Assembly (NCBI GenBank): GCA_017438265.1
Contig: JAFRVZ010000006.1
Location: 46,606-110,605, forward strand
Source of the DNA: Bacteroidales bacterium
Lineage (GTDB): Bacteria > Bacteroidota > Bacteroidia > Bacteroidales > UBA932
Length of the DNA stretch: 64,000 nucleotides
Direction: 5' to 3'
Positions 50,140-60,350 of this stretch are shown piece after piece. A program made the position numbers and the translations under genes. Position 1 is the stretch's first letter. Each line of letters begins with the position of its first letter. The notes under the pieces were generated by a model. That model had not been told where the DNA came from, made no database searches, and saw only the letters and a program-made list of their open reading frames with translations.

Positions 50140-51291
50140 ATGGATAACCCGAACGTTAACAACGAATTCGAAGACATCCGCCCGTATACCGACGAAGAAG
50201 CGGTGGCCGGCCTTGCACGCATCGCCAGCCATCCGATGGTCTATGCCGTCAGCAAATACCTGTTTCCCCGCAAGCCCATCAACACGCTGAGCAAGATGCT
50301 CCGCCAGATCCGCGGCGTGGATGACTTCCAGAAAACCATTATGTACACGGCCGTGGAATGGGTCCTGCAGAACACGGTGACCGATTTCACGAGCGACGGC
50401 GTCGAGAACCTGCACGGCATCGAGAAGAATTTCCTCGCGATGTCGAACCACCGCGACATCGTCCTCGACCCGGCGTTCACCCTCTACACGCTCTTCCGCG
50501 CCGGCCTTCCGCTGACGCAGGTCGCCGTCGGGGACAACCTCCTGGCGAACGACACGGTCGAGGTGCTCCTGCGTTCCAACGGAATGATCAAGGTCGTCCG
50601 CGGCATTTCCGCCCGCGAGCTGTATCTGTCTTCGCTGACGCTGTCCCGCTATATCCGCCAGACCGTGACGAGCGGGGCCGGATCCGTCTGGATCGCGCAG
50701 CGGCAGGGCCGCACGAAGAACGGCCTCGATACGACCGAGCAGGGCCTCCTGAAGATGTTCGACATGAGCGGGGAGGGGAGTTTCGTCGAGAATTTCTCGG
50801 CGCTCCACATCGTCCCGATGAGCATTTCCTACGAATACGAGCCCTGCGATTTCCGCAAGGCCCGCGAGGTCCTGATTTCCCGGACGCAGAAATACGTCAA
50901 GAAGCCGGATGAGGACATGCACAGCATCCTGACCGGCATCCGCCAGCAGAAAGGCCGCGTCCATCTCCACATCGGAACGCCCCTCTCGGAAGCGGAAATC
51001 GAAGCGGCCGCGAACTGCGGCGGCAACGACCGCTACCAGTTCATCCGCCGCGCCGTGGACCGCCGCGTCATCGAAGGCTACCGGCTGTTCAAGACCAATT
51101 ATATGGGCTATGACCTGATGAACGGGACGTCCAAGTATACGGATTTCTATACGCCGGAGGACCTGGAGGCCTTCAAGGCCTATACGGAACACAAGCTCGG
51201 CAAGCTCGAGAAACGTCTCGACAAGGATGCTTGCCGCGATATCTTCTGGCACATCTACGGCAACCCGGTCGTCTCCAAGGAATCGCTTTAG
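50140..51291 (+). CDS. Glycerolipid acyltransferase family protein
   Basis: SNHRDIVLD (HxxxxD), GDNL, WIAQRQGRTKNG, SISYEYEP. Confidence 0.88.
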   Translation: MDNPNVNNEFEDIRPYTDEEAVAGLARIASHPMVYAVSKYLFPRKPINTLSKMLRQIRGVDDFQKTIMYTAVEWVLQNTVTDFTSDGVENLHGIEKNFLAMSNHRDIVLDPAFTLYTLFRAGLPLTQVAVGDNLLANDTVEVLLRSNGMIKVVRGISARELYLSSLTLSRYIRQTVTSGAGSVWIAQRQGRTKNGLDTTEQGLLKMFDMSGEGSFVENFSALHIVPMSISYEYEPCDFRKAREVLISRTQKYVKKPDEDMHSILTGIRQQKGRVHLHIGTPLSEAEIEAAANCGGNDRYQFIRRAVDRRVIEGYRLFKTNYMGYDLMNGTSKYTDFYTPEDLEAFKAYTEHKLGKLEKRLDKDACRDIFWHIYGNPVVSKESL

Positions 51292-51303
51292 GCGACGCTG
51301 ATC

Positions 51304-51345
51304 CATAAAAAAAGCTCCGGATTCTCGTCCGGAGCTTTTTTTATG
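51304..51345. terminator. Bidirectional intrinsic terminator
   Basis: CATAAAAAAAGCTCCGGA-TTCTCG-TCCGGAGCTTTTTTTATG between convergent genes. Confidence 0.92.
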
Positions 51346-51360
51346 CGAAGCCGTCGATAG

Positions 51361-52248
51361 TTACTTGACCTCGGTGAGGGAGAAGTCGATACCGCCGGTA
51401 TAGCCCTTGAAGGACATCATCAGGCTGAACTCGGCCTTGCCGTCGGACGGGAAGCTCAGGAAGCCGGTCGCCTTCTGGTTGACCAGGTCGTTGCCGCCGA
51501 CTTCCAGCGTCATCGAGAAGTTCTCGCCATTGAGGGTATAGGAACCGCCGAAGTCAGGAGCGTCCTTGAAGCTGATAACCACGGTGTTGGAGCCGGTGAA
51601 GAGGATTTCGGTCACATCGTAGCCGGCGAAATCGGAGGGGGAGATGTTTTTGCCACCGTTCTCGGCGATGTATTTCGCGATAGCTTCCAGGTTGCAGCCG
51701 TTAAAGCCCTTGTTGACGCTGAGTCCGTTGCCGCTGACGTTGACGATGCAACTCGCGACCTTCCAGGTACGGGAGGCATTGGTCTTGTCGCTGCTGCCGG
51801 AAGACGGGGCGGAAACATTACCGGTCGTCTTCTGCTCCTCGCCGCCCGTATTCACGGTGACGTCCTTGTTGGAGCCGTTGCCGCTGACCGTCACGGAGCC
51901 GGTGAAATCGCCGGTGCACTGGTAGGTACCGTTCTTCTCGGTGTAAGGTCCGGTCAGGATTTCGACATCGCTGTTGCCGGCCTTGGTCGCAACCGGTTTG
52001 CCCTTGAGGATATAGCGGCTGGCCTCGGTGAACTCGATGGAGATCATTTCGTAGATGACGTTGCCGTGGTTGTAGGTCGGCTTTTTCTCCGCGGGGGCGG
52101 ATTCGAAGGAAACGACTTTCGCGACATCGGCGGTCGCAGCCGGCTTCATTTCGACGGGCTGGTCCTTGTCTTTGCCGGGATCTTTGTGGCAGGAGGCGAG
52201 CGGGAGCATCAGCGCGGCCGCCGCGAGAAGGATAAATAACTTTTTCAT
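51361..52248 (-). CDS. Hypothetical lipoprotein, beta-rich
   Basis: Lipobox PLASC; Gly/Ser/Thr-rich beta-strand pattern. Confidence 0.8.
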   Translation of the reverse strand: MKKLFILLAAAALMLPLASCHKDPGKDKDQPVEMKPAATADVAKVVSFESAPAEKKPTYNHGNVIYEMISIEFTEASRYILKGKPVATKAGNSDVEILTGPYTEKNGTYQCTGDFTGSVTVSGNGSNKDVTVNTGGEEQKTTGNVSAPSSGSSDKTNASRTWKVASCIVNVSGNGLSVNKGFNGCNLEAIAKYIAENGGKNISPSDFAGYDVTEILFTGSNTVVISFKDAPDFGGSYTLNGENFSMTLEVGGNDLVNQKATGFLSFPSDGKAEFSLMMSFKGYTGGIDFSLTEVK

Positions 52249-52276
52249 AATCTATAATTAGTTAATAATCAATCAA

Positions 52277-53050
52277 TTAGAAGAGCTTGAAGAAGACACC
52301 GAGCTTCATCATCGGGAACACCGGGATACCGCCGATCTTGTCAATCCAGCCATTGTCCTTGTTCTGCAGGGTCTTGCTGGTAATCGCGATCGTGTCGACG
52401 GGCTTGCTGGGGTCCAGCGTGTTCTTGAGGTAGTTGTAGGACTCGACCTTGGCTCCGCCGGTAAAGGCGACGCCGAGATCGAAGGTCACCGTGCAGAGGT
52501 CGTCGGCGACTGCGTGGCCGAAACCGATGCCGACGTAAGGCATTGCGCTCCAGACCTTTCCGTTCACATAAGCGATACCGTTCTTGTCGGTCGTGAAGGT
52601 CGGGCCGCCTTCGGGGCCGATACCGAGGGTACCGTATTCATCCCGGGCCAGGACCTTGCTCAGGTCGGCCTGGGCGGTGACGAATTTACCGGTACCGACA
52701 TAGAGGCCGGCGGTAAAGCGGAAAGGACCGTCGCCCGGATAGATGTCGACCAGGACCTTGGCGTTGCCGGGGCCCCAGAGGCCGGCGGTCATCGGGATGT
52801 CGTTCAGGTTGCGGGTCGTGCCGCCCAGATTGGCGTTACCGAAGTCGAACTCCTTCTTGTAGGAGAACGGAAGGAGGGAATATCCGGCGCGAAGCTGGAA
52901 ATGGTCACCCATCGGGGCGGCGGCCTCCAGGCCGACACCGTCAAGTCCGAGGGATACACCGAGGGACATGTGGTTGAACATATCCTGGCCGAAGGCGCGC
53001 GGCGCGGAAAGCGTCGCCGCAGCGAGAAGGAGTACAAGTAACTTTTTCAT
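52277..53050 (-). CDS. Hypothetical outer-membrane beta-barrel protein
   Basis: Signal peptide, alternating amphipathic strands, PYVGIGFG, terminal LGVFFKLF. Confidence 0.78.
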   Translation of the reverse strand: MKKLLVLLLAAATLSAPRAFGQDMFNHMSLGVSLGLDGVGLEAAAPMGDHFQLRAGYSLLPFSYKKEFDFGNANLGGTTRNLNDIPMTAGLWGPGNAKVLVDIYPGDGPFRFTAGLYVGTGKFVTAQADLSKVLARDEYGTLGIGPEGGPTFTTDKNGIAYVNGKVWSAMPYVGIGFGHAVADDLCTVTFDLGVAFTGGAKVESYNYLKNTLDPSKPVDTIAITSKTLQNKDNGWIDKIGGIPVFPMMKLGVFFKLF

Positions 53051-53262
53051 ATTCGTTGTTAAAATCGATTATACGCTCGTAATGTGCAAATATAATAATT
53101 GTACGTGCTAAAACAAAACGTTTTTAGGTTCAATTGTGTGTCGGGAACGGGATTCCTACTGTTACACAATTTATATTATGTTAACTTGTAGATGCGGCAG
53201 GCGCTTCCCTTCCGTTTTGACGGATTTTTGACTAACTTTGGCTTCCGATTTTAGAAGCAACC

Positions 53263-54669
53263 ATGACGCGCAAGAAAACCGACCTGCTGCTGGAAGACAT
53301 CCGGATCGAATCCGTCGCCGCCGAAGGCAAAGCCCTGGGCCACGCGCCGGACGGAACCGTCGTCTTCGCGGAGTTTGCTGTTCCCGGCGACCTTGTCGAC
53401 ATCCAGGTCCGCAAGAAGAAAAAGAATTATATGGAAGGCCGCATCGTGCGCCTGAAAGAGCCTTCCAAGGACCGCCTGGAGCCGTTCTGCCGCCATTTCG
53501 GCGTCTGCGGCGGCTGCCGCTGGCAACCCCTGCCGTATCCCGCCCAGCTCGAGGCGAAACGCCGGCAGGTCTATGACCAGCTCGTCCGCATCGGCCACCT
53601 TGAGGTCCCGGAAGTCCCGATGACCCTCGGCTCCGAGCGGACCGTCCATTACCGCAACAAACTCGAGTTTTCCTTCTCGGAGCGCCGATGGATCCTTCCC
53701 GGCGAAGATCCGGAGGCCCTCTCCCCTGCCGAAAAATGCGGCCTGGGCTACCACGTGGGCAAGTTTTTCGACAAGGTGCTCGATATCGGCGAGTGCTGGC
53801 TCCAGCCCTCCCCTTCCAACGAAATCCGCTGTTTTATAAAGGATTACGCCCTCTCCCACGGCATCCCCTTCTACAACATCCGCGAGAACCGCGGCACCCT
53901 CCGGACGATGTTCGTCCGCACCTGCGAGTCCGGCGAAGTGATGGTCATCCTGTGCGTTTCCCAGGCGACCCCGGCGGTGCTCGGGCTGCTGGACGCGCTT
54001 GCTGAACGGTTCCCGCAGATCGTCTCCCTCTACTATGTGCTGAACACGAAGGGAAACGACTCCATCACGGACCTCGAACCTGTTCTCTACAAGGGTGTGG
54101 ACGCGATTTACGAAGAGATGGAAGGCCTGCGGTTCAAGATCCGTCCGAAGTCCTTCTTCCAGACCAACACGCTGCAGGCGCTGAACCTGTACCGGGTCGC
54201 GCGGGACTTCGCCGCCCTGACCGGCACGGAGACGGTCTACGATCTCTATACCGGGACGGGGACGATTGCCCAGTTTGTCGCTTCCAAAGCTGCGAAAGTT
54301 ATTGGTATTGAATATGTTCCGGAGGCGATAGAAGACGCGCGTAGGGGCGCAGCCGCCAACGGCATCACGAACTGCGAATTCTACGCCGGCGACATGAAGG
54401 ATTTGCTGACCGCGGACTTCCTCGCGGAACACGGCCGCCCGGACGTCGTCATCCTCGACCCGCCCCGCGCCGGCATCCATCCGGATGTCGCCCGGGTCCT
54501 CCTGCAGGCCTCCCCTGCCCGCATCGTGTATGTCAGCTGCAATCCCGCCTCCCAGGCCCGCGACCTGGCGATCCTTTCGCAGCGCTACCGGATTACGCGC
54601 GTGCAGCCCGTGGATATGTTCCCGCATACGCTGCACGTGGAGAATGTCTGTGCCCTTGAATTGATTTGA
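53263..54669 (+). CDS. rlmD: 23S rRNA (uracil-1939-C5)-methyltransferase
   Basis: TRAM domain, CRHFGVCGGC, YRNKLEF, SFFQTN, DLYTGTG, DPPRAG, YVSCNP, DMFPHTLHVE. Confidence 0.95.
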   Translation: MTRKKTDLLLEDIRIESVAAEGKALGHAPDGTVVFAEFAVPGDLVDIQVRKKKKNYMEGRIVRLKEPSKDRLEPFCRHFGVCGGCRWQPLPYPAQLEAKRRQVYDQLVRIGHLEVPEVPMTLGSERTVHYRNKLEFSFSERRWILPGEDPEALSPAEKCGLGYHVGKFFDKVLDIGECWLQPSPSNEIRCFIKDYALSHGIPFYNIRENRGTLRTMFVRTCESGEVMVILCVSQATPAVLGLLDALAERFPQIVSLYYVLNTKGNDSITDLEPVLYKGVDAIYEEMEGLRFKIRPKSFFQTNTLQALNLYRVARDFAALTGTETVYDLYTGTGTIAQFVASKAAKVIGIEYVPEAIEDARRGAAANGITNCEFYAGDMKDLLTADFLAEHGRPDVVILDPPRAGIHPDVARVLLQASPARIVYVSCNPASQARDLAILSQRYRITRVQPVDMFPHTLHVENVCALELI

Positions 54670-54674
54670 ATGCC

Positions 54675-55607
54675 ATGATAGTACAGATCGGACTGCTTAT
54701 CCTGGGCCTCGCCCTCGTCGTGTTCGGAGCCGACTGGCTGGTGGACGGCGCTTCCGCCATCGCCCGCAAGTCCGGCATCAGCGAGTTCGTGATCGGCCTG
54801 ACGATCGTCGGCTTCGGGACCTCCTGCCCCGAGCTGGTCGTCAGCCTGACGGGCGCGCTGAAGGGAATCGCCGACATCTCGATCGGGAACGTCGTCGGTT
54901 CCAACATCTTCAATACCCTGCTGATCCTCGGCCTGACGGGCGTCATCGCCCCGATCGCCATCACCCCGGAGAACCGGAAACGGGACATCCCCCTGACCAT
55001 CGGCGTGACCGTCCTGTTCATCGTCTTCGGCCTCTGGAACCGCGATGTCTGCCGCTGGGAAGGTCTTGTGTTCCTGCTGCTTTTCGCCGGTTATATCTAT
55101 TACTGCTTCAAGACGGATTCCGCGCCTGTCGAGCAGTCGGAAGAGAAGAATCTCCGCCTCGGCGTCGCCATCCTGCTGGTCCTGGCCGGCCTGGCCGGGC
55201 TCGTCATCGGCGGCCGCCTCTTCGTCGATTCGGCGACCGAAATCGCCCGCCTGGCCGGCGTCTCCGACAAGTTCATCGCCATCACCGTCCTGGCGGGCGG
55301 CACTTCCCTGCCGGAGCTGGCGACGTGCGTCGTCGCCGCGGCGAAGAAGAAGGGCCAGCTCGCGCTCGGCAACATCCTCGGATCCAATATCTTCAACATC
55401 CTGCTGATCCTCGGCGCATCGGCCGTCGTGACCCCGCTGGACTTCTCGTCGATGAACTGGGTCGACCTCGGCGTCCTGCTCCTGAGCGCCCTGCTCGTCT
55501 TTTCCAGCGCCTGGACCGGAAAGAAGAACATGATCGACCGCTTCGACGGCTCGCTCCTCCTCCTGTGCGAGGCCGCTTATCTTACCTGGCTTTTTGCAAC
55601 AATCTGA
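54675..55607 (+). CDS. Calcium/sodium antiporter (CaCA, YrbG-like)
   Basis: Duplicated alpha repeats GTSCPE / GTSLPE and GNVVGSNIFN / GNILGSNIFN. Confidence 0.92.
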   Translation: MIVQIGLLILGLALVVFGADWLVDGASAIARKSGISEFVIGLTIVGFGTSCPELVVSLTGALKGIADISIGNVVGSNIFNTLLILGLTGVIAPIAITPENRKRDIPLTIGVTVLFIVFGLWNRDVCRWEGLVFLLLFAGYIYYCFKTDSAPVEQSEEKNLRLGVAILLVLAGLAGLVIGGRLFVDSATEIARLAGVSDKFIAITVLAGGTSLPELATCVVAAAKKKGQLALGNILGSNIFNILLILGASAVVTPLDFSSMNWVDLGVLLLSALLVFSSAWTGKKNMIDRFDGSLLLLCEAAYLTWLFATI

Positions 55608-55611
55608 TAGT

Positions 55612-56895
55612 ATGAAGTTCAAACCGACAAAATACCAGTTGATGAACGTGGCGGACGGACGTCTGCTGCAGGACGAGGGATGGACGCTGGCGGATCCGCA
55701 GGCGCAGTCCCCTTCCCTGGTGCGCGCCGTCTATGAGAACAGGCGTTTCACGCCGCGGGACGACCTGGACGGGCTGTACCGCTATGCCGAATGGCTGCCG
55801 GTCCGCCGCACGCTGAAGAAGTCCGCTGCACCCGTGACCTACCACAGCAAGGGCCTGGGCCAGTATCTGGGCCTGGACAACCTCTTCATTACCTTCTCCG
55901 GCTACCATCCCGAGATCGGTGCGACGATGGCGACCTGCTCCTTCAAGGAGACCGAGGCCTTCTCCGTTTGCGCCCGCCTGCCGGAAGACGACCGCCGGGT
56001 CCTCGTCGTCCAGTCCGCGGGCAACACGGCGCGCGCCTTTGCCCAGGTCTGCTCCGACAACGACATCCCGATCGTCATCTGCGTCCCGGCGGACAACTTC
56101 CGGGACCTGTGGTTCCGCCGCAAGCTGCATTCCTGCGTCAAGATGGTTGCGACGCCCGCCGGTACGGACTATTTCGACGCCATCGCCCTGGGTGACAAGA
56201 TCTGCCGTGATCCGCGCTATTTCGCCGAAGGCGGCGCCAAGAACGTCGCCCGGCGCGACGGGATGGGAACGACCGTGCTGAGCGCCGTGGAAGCCATCGG
56301 ATGCATCCCTGACGCCTATTTCCAGGCCGTCGGCTCCGGCACCGGCGCCATCGCTGCCTGGGAGAACAACCTCCGCCTGATCGAGGACGGCCGTTTCGGC
56401 AATAACAAGATGAAGATCTTCGTCTCCCAGAACGTCCCCTTCACCCTGATGTACGACGCCTGGAAAGCCGGTTCCCGCGCCCTGCCCGAGTATACCCCCG
56501 AGCAGTCCCGCCGGGCCGCCGAGGTGATCCTCGCCAAGGTGCTGTCGAATCGGAAACCGCCCTACAGTATCGCCGGCGGCCTTTTCGACGCCCTGACGGA
56601 TACCGGCGGCGACTTCTTCAAGGCAACCAACGACGATATCGTCCGCTGGATGCTCATGTACCGCAACCTCGAGGGATATGACATCTTCCCGGCGGCTGCA
56701 ACGGCGGTCTGCAGCCTCGAACAGGCCGTCCGCAGCGGCCAGGTCGGCAAGGAAGACGTCGTGATGGTCAACGTGACCGGCGGCGGCAGCCTCGCCGCCC
56801 AGAGCCGCGGCTACTATGTCAAGGAACCGGACCTCGTCCTGAGTCCCGACCTCCCGATCGAGGAAATCATCACCCAAATCGACAAACTCTTCTAA
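55612..56895 (+). CDS. Cysteate synthase (methanogen-type, threonine-synthase fold)
   Basis: TCSFKETEA (PLP Lys), SAGNTARAF, EGGAKNVARRDGMGT, YFQAVGSGTGAIAAWE, VLSNRKPPY, NVTGGG. Confidence 0.82.
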   Translation: MKFKPTKYQLMNVADGRLLQDEGWTLADPQAQSPSLVRAVYENRRFTPRDDLDGLYRYAEWLPVRRTLKKSAAPVTYHSKGLGQYLGLDNLFITFSGYHPEIGATMATCSFKETEAFSVCARLPEDDRRVLVVQSAGNTARAFAQVCSDNDIPIVICVPADNFRDLWFRRKLHSCVKMVATPAGTDYFDAIALGDKICRDPRYFAEGGAKNVARRDGMGTTVLSAVEAIGCIPDAYFQAVGSGTGAIAAWENNLRLIEDGRFGNNKMKIFVSQNVPFTLMYDAWKAGSRALPEYTPEQSRRAAEVILAKVLSNRKPPYSIAGGLFDALTDTGGDFFKATNDDIVRWMLMYRNLEGYDIFPAAATAVCSLEQAVRSGQVGKEDVVMVNVTGGGSLAAQSRGYYVKEPDLVLSPDLPIEEIITQIDKLF

Positions 56896-56897
56896 GT

Positions 56898-57809
56898 ATG
56901 TTCTTCTTCGCCCAAACCGCCGTACAGACCGAGGCCGTCGAGGCCGCGGATTCGCTCCGCCATGCGGCACAGTCCTTTGTCGAGCAGCTCCGGACCGAAC
57001 CGTCCGCCGCGCTGCAGCAGCTGGGCCAGGACCTGGTCCAGTTCGGCCTGAAGCTCCTGGCCGCCCTGGTGATCTTCGCCCTCGGCGCCTGGATCATCAA
57101 GCTCGTCCGCCGGCGGATGCGCAAGCGCTTCGAAAAGAAAGATTACGACCCGACCGTCGAGACCTTCACCCTGTCGCTGACGACGGCGGTCCTCTGGATC
57201 CTGCTGATCGTGGTTTCCATCAGCACGCTCGGCGTCAACACGACGTCGATCGCCGCCCTGCTGGCGGCCGGCGGCGTCGCGCTGGGTATGGCCCTCAGCG
57301 GCACGGCCCAGAATTTTGCCGGCGGACTCATTATACTGATATTCAAACCTTTCCGTGTTGGTGACTTTATCTCGGCCCAGGGCTTTATGGGAACGGTGAC
57401 GGAAGTCAACATGTTCTCCACGCGGATCGACACCCCCGAGAACCGCCGCGTCGTCATCCCGAACGGCATCCTCTCGAACGGGACCGTCGAGAACTATACC
57501 ACGAACGGACTGCGGCGCGCGGAATGGAAATTCGGTGTGGAGTACGGGACGGACGTGGAACGCTGCCTGGAGACCTGCAGAAGCATCCTCGCGGAGGATG
57601 ACAGGATCAGCAATGCCTTTGCCGGTGTCTCCGGGATGATGGATTCCTGCGTGCAGGTTACGGTCCGCGGCTGGGTCAGGAACGAGGATTACTGGGACAT
57701 CTTCTTCGCGGTGAACGGACGGCTCCTGGAAGGCCTCCCGGAGAACGGAATCAGTTTCGCCTTCCCCCACATGGACGTGCGGATGCGGGACCAGGCGCCC
57801 CGGGCCTAG
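56898..57809 (+). CDS. mscS: Small-conductance mechanosensitive channel
   Basis: GVALGMAL, NFAGG, KPFRVGDFI, IPNG, GISFAFP. Confidence 0.92.
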   Translation: MFFFAQTAVQTEAVEAADSLRHAAQSFVEQLRTEPSAALQQLGQDLVQFGLKLLAALVIFALGAWIIKLVRRRMRKRFEKKDYDPTVETFTLSLTTAVLWILLIVVSISTLGVNTTSIAALLAAGGVALGMALSGTAQNFAGGLIILIFKPFRVGDFISAQGFMGTVTEVNMFSTRIDTPENRRVVIPNGILSNGTVENYTTNGLRRAEWKFGVEYGTDVERCLETCRSILAEDDRISNAFAGVSGMMDSCVQVTVRGWVRNEDYWDIFFAVNGRLLEGLPENGISFAFPHMDVRMRDQAPRA

Positions 57810-58432
57810 AAATTCAGGGCGAATCCCAGATTCAGCGTCGCGTAGCCGACATCGCTGCGCCGCAGTTCCGGACTGACGACATACCCCTGCTGGTAGCGGT
57901 CATAGTAGCGGTCCGGATGGTCTTCCGTATACTGGACGGAGAGCAGCAGGTCGAGCCGGAACCATCCTGCCAGCGCGAGGCGGTAGCCGCCGCCGACCCG
58001 CGCGAAACGCCCTTTCTGCCCCTCGAGCGACGGCAGGAACACCTTCGCGCCTTCCACGAACACCAGCGGCGTATCCGCCTTGTAGCCCCGGAAAAACCAG
58101 CTGCCCCGCGCGGCGGCGGTCCATCCCATCCGCTCCGTGTAAATGCCGGCGTATCCGCCCGCGGCACGCAGCGCAAACCGGTCCCACAGGCACAGCTCCC
58201 CATAGACCGACACGCCGGCGTTCCAGCCGATCGTGTGGAGGCCGTACACCGGGTTGCGCCGCTGGCCGTCCATGCCCAGGTAGTTGTAGTGGTACCACTC
58301 GTAGCCGGTCATGCTGTAGCCCCATTCCACGCCGCCGTGCAGGCCGACCTTCCCCCCGTTTCCGGCAGAAACGGGGACGGTGCCCAGCACGGCCAGCGCG
58401 ACGGCCAGCCCTATGATCCGCAGCGTCCGCAT
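57806..58432 (-). CDS. Hypothetical small outer-membrane beta-barrel protein
   Basis: Signal peptide, aromatic/Gly-rich strands, terminal LGFALNF. Confidence 0.7.
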   Translation of the reverse strand: MRTLRIIGLAVALAVLGTVPVSAGNGGKVGLHGGVEWGYSMTGYEWYHYNYLGMDGQRRNPVYGLHTIGWNAGVSVYGELCLWDRFALRAAGGYAGIYTERMGWTAAARGSWFFRGYKADTPLVFVEGAKVFLPSLEGQKGRFARVGGGYRLALAGWFRLDLLLSVQYTEDHPDRYYDRYQQGYVVSPELRRSDVGYATLNLGFALNF

Positions 58433-58983
58433 CAGAATCTGTATTCGATTTTCAGTTGGGGATACAGGGCCTGCCGCCAGCCGTTCCGGTAGAAATGCGT
58501 CACCCAGCTGTCCAGCAGCGTGTTTTTACTCAGCTGCAGCGCCGCGCTGCCTTCCAGCTCGAGCGACAGGACGAAACGCTCCCGCAGCCCGACCGACACG
58601 CCGGCCCCGAGGCTGACTCCGGCCATGAATCCATACCACTCCCCCTTGTCACGCACATACCCGCCGGTCAGGCCGGGCCCGGCGTAGAAGGTGAAGACGC
58701 TGCCGTCCCGGGCGGTCTTTTTCATCAGCGGGAGCGGGTGCAGCCAGGAGACCCGGAGCCCCGGATACAGGGCGCGGCCGGCGTAGACCTCCTCCATGTC
58801 CGCATAGACGGCGAGCGCGTTCTGCCCGCCGAAACGGAACGAGCCGCCGATGCCTTTCGGGGAATGGAAAATGCCGGCGGTGAAATGGACATCCTTCAAG
58901 CCGGCTTCGGGACCGGAGGCGTAAGCCAGCGGCCCTGCCAGCAGGACGGCTGCCAGGAGAAGGAGTACACGTTGCGTCTTCAT
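58432..58983 (-). CDS. Hypothetical small outer-membrane beta-barrel protein
   Basis: Signal peptide, FYAGPG strand motif, terminal IEYRF. Confidence 0.7.
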   Translation of the reverse strand: MKTQRVLLLLAAVLLAGPLAYASGPEAGLKDVHFTAGIFHSPKGIGGSFRFGGQNALAVYADMEEVYAGRALYPGLRVSWLHPLPLMKKTARDGSVFTFYAGPGLTGGYVRDKGEWYGFMAGVSLGAGVSVGLRERFVLSLELEGSAALQLSKNTLLDSWVTHFYRNGWRQALYPQLKIEYRF

Positions 58984-59036
58984 AAGACAAAAGCGAAGAT
59001 AATAATAATTGCGCGGAAAGTTGTATCTTTGACAAC

Positions 59037-60350
59037 GTGAAAAGTGAAACCACGGCCAGCACGATGCTTCCTCCGCTGCCGGAGCGCCTCCGCCCGCGAA
59101 CCCTCGAAGAGTACGTGGGCCAGCGCCACCTGATCGGCCCCGGATGCATCCTCCGGACGATGATCGAAACGGGCAACCTTTCCTCCTTCATCCTCTGGGG
59201 CCCGCCCGGCGTCGGCAAAACGACCCTCGCCCGCATCATCGCCGATTCCCTGGACCGCGAGTTCTTCACCCTCTCCGCCGTCAGCGCCGGCGTCAAGGAG
59301 GTCCGCGAGGTTATCGACGCCGCCCGCGGCCGTTCGATCTTCGCCGCCGCAGCCGCGCCCATCCTCTTCATCGACGAGATCCACCGCTTCAACAAGGCCC
59401 AGCAGGACGCACTCCTCGGGGCCGTGGAAGCCGGGACCGTCGTCCTGATCGGCGCGACGACCGAGAACCCCTCCTTCGAGGTCATCTCCCCCCTCCTCTC
59501 CCGCTGCCAGGTCTATGTCCTGAAATCGCTCGAAGAAGCGGACCTGCAGGCGATCCTGGACCGGGCGCTGAAGGAGGACGAGGTCCTCTCGAAATGGAAC
59601 ATCGACGTGCGGGAAACGGGCGCCCTCTTCCGCCACAGCGGCGGCGACGGCCGCAAGCTCCTGAACATCCTCGAGCTTGTCGTGGACGCCGGGATGGGCG
59701 CCGGCGTCTCCCCTATCGTAATCGACAACGCGGCCGTGACCGCCTGCCTCCAGCAGTCGACGGCGATTTACGACAAGAACGGGGAGATGCACTACGACAT
59801 CATCTCCGCCTTCATCAAGAGCGTCCGCGGCTCTGATCCGAACGCCGCGGTCTATTACCTCGCGCGGATGCTCGACGGTGGTGAAGATCCGCTCTTCGTC
59901 GCCCGACGCCTCTGCATCCTCGCCGCCGAGGACATCGGCCTCGCGAATCCCAACGCCCTGCTGCTCGCGAACGCCTGCTTCCAGGTCGTCCACAGCATCG
60001 GCATGCCCGAGGCCCGCATCCCCCTCTCGGAGACGGCGATCTACCTCGCTTCCAGCCCGAAGAGCAATTCCGCCTACAGGGCCATCGGCGCCGCCCTCGA
60101 GGCCGCTGCCGCCGACAAGACCGCGCCGGTCCCGCTCTACCTGCGCAACGCGCCGACGAAACTGATGGCCGAGCTTGGCTATGCCGACGGCTACAAGTAT
60201 GCCCACGATTATCCCGGGCATTTCGCCGACCTGGAATTCCTGCCGGAAAAGTTTTCGGGAACCGTCTTCTACGAGCCCCAGCCGAACGCCTCCGAAGATC
60301 GCCTCAAGGCCTATCTCGCCGCCTGCTGGCCCAAGTATTACAAGAAGTAG
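59037..60350 (+). CDS. rarA: Replication-associated recombination protein A
   Basis: [62 protein letters not shown]. Start is GTG 59037 or ATG 59064. Confidence 0.95.
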   Translation: MKSETTASTMLPPLPERLRPRTLEEYVGQRHLIGPGCILRTMIETGNLSSFILWGPPGVGKTTLARIIADSLDREFFTLSAVSAGVKEVREVIDAARGRSIFAAAAAPILFIDEIHRFNKAQQDALLGAVEAGTVVLIGATTENPSFEVISPLLSRCQVYVLKSLEEADLQAILDRALKEDEVLSKWNIDVRETGALFRHSGGDGRKLLNILELVVDAGMGAGVSPIVIDNAAVTACLQQSTAIYDKNGEMHYDIISAFIKSVRGSDPNAAVYYLARMLDGGEDPLFVARRLCILAAEDIGLANPNALLLANACFQVVHSIGMPEARIPLSETAIYLASSPKSNSAYRAIGAALEAAAADKTAPVPLYLRNAPTKLMAELGYADGYKYAHDYPGHFADLEFLPEKFSGTVFYEPQPNASEDRLKAYLAACWPKYYKK

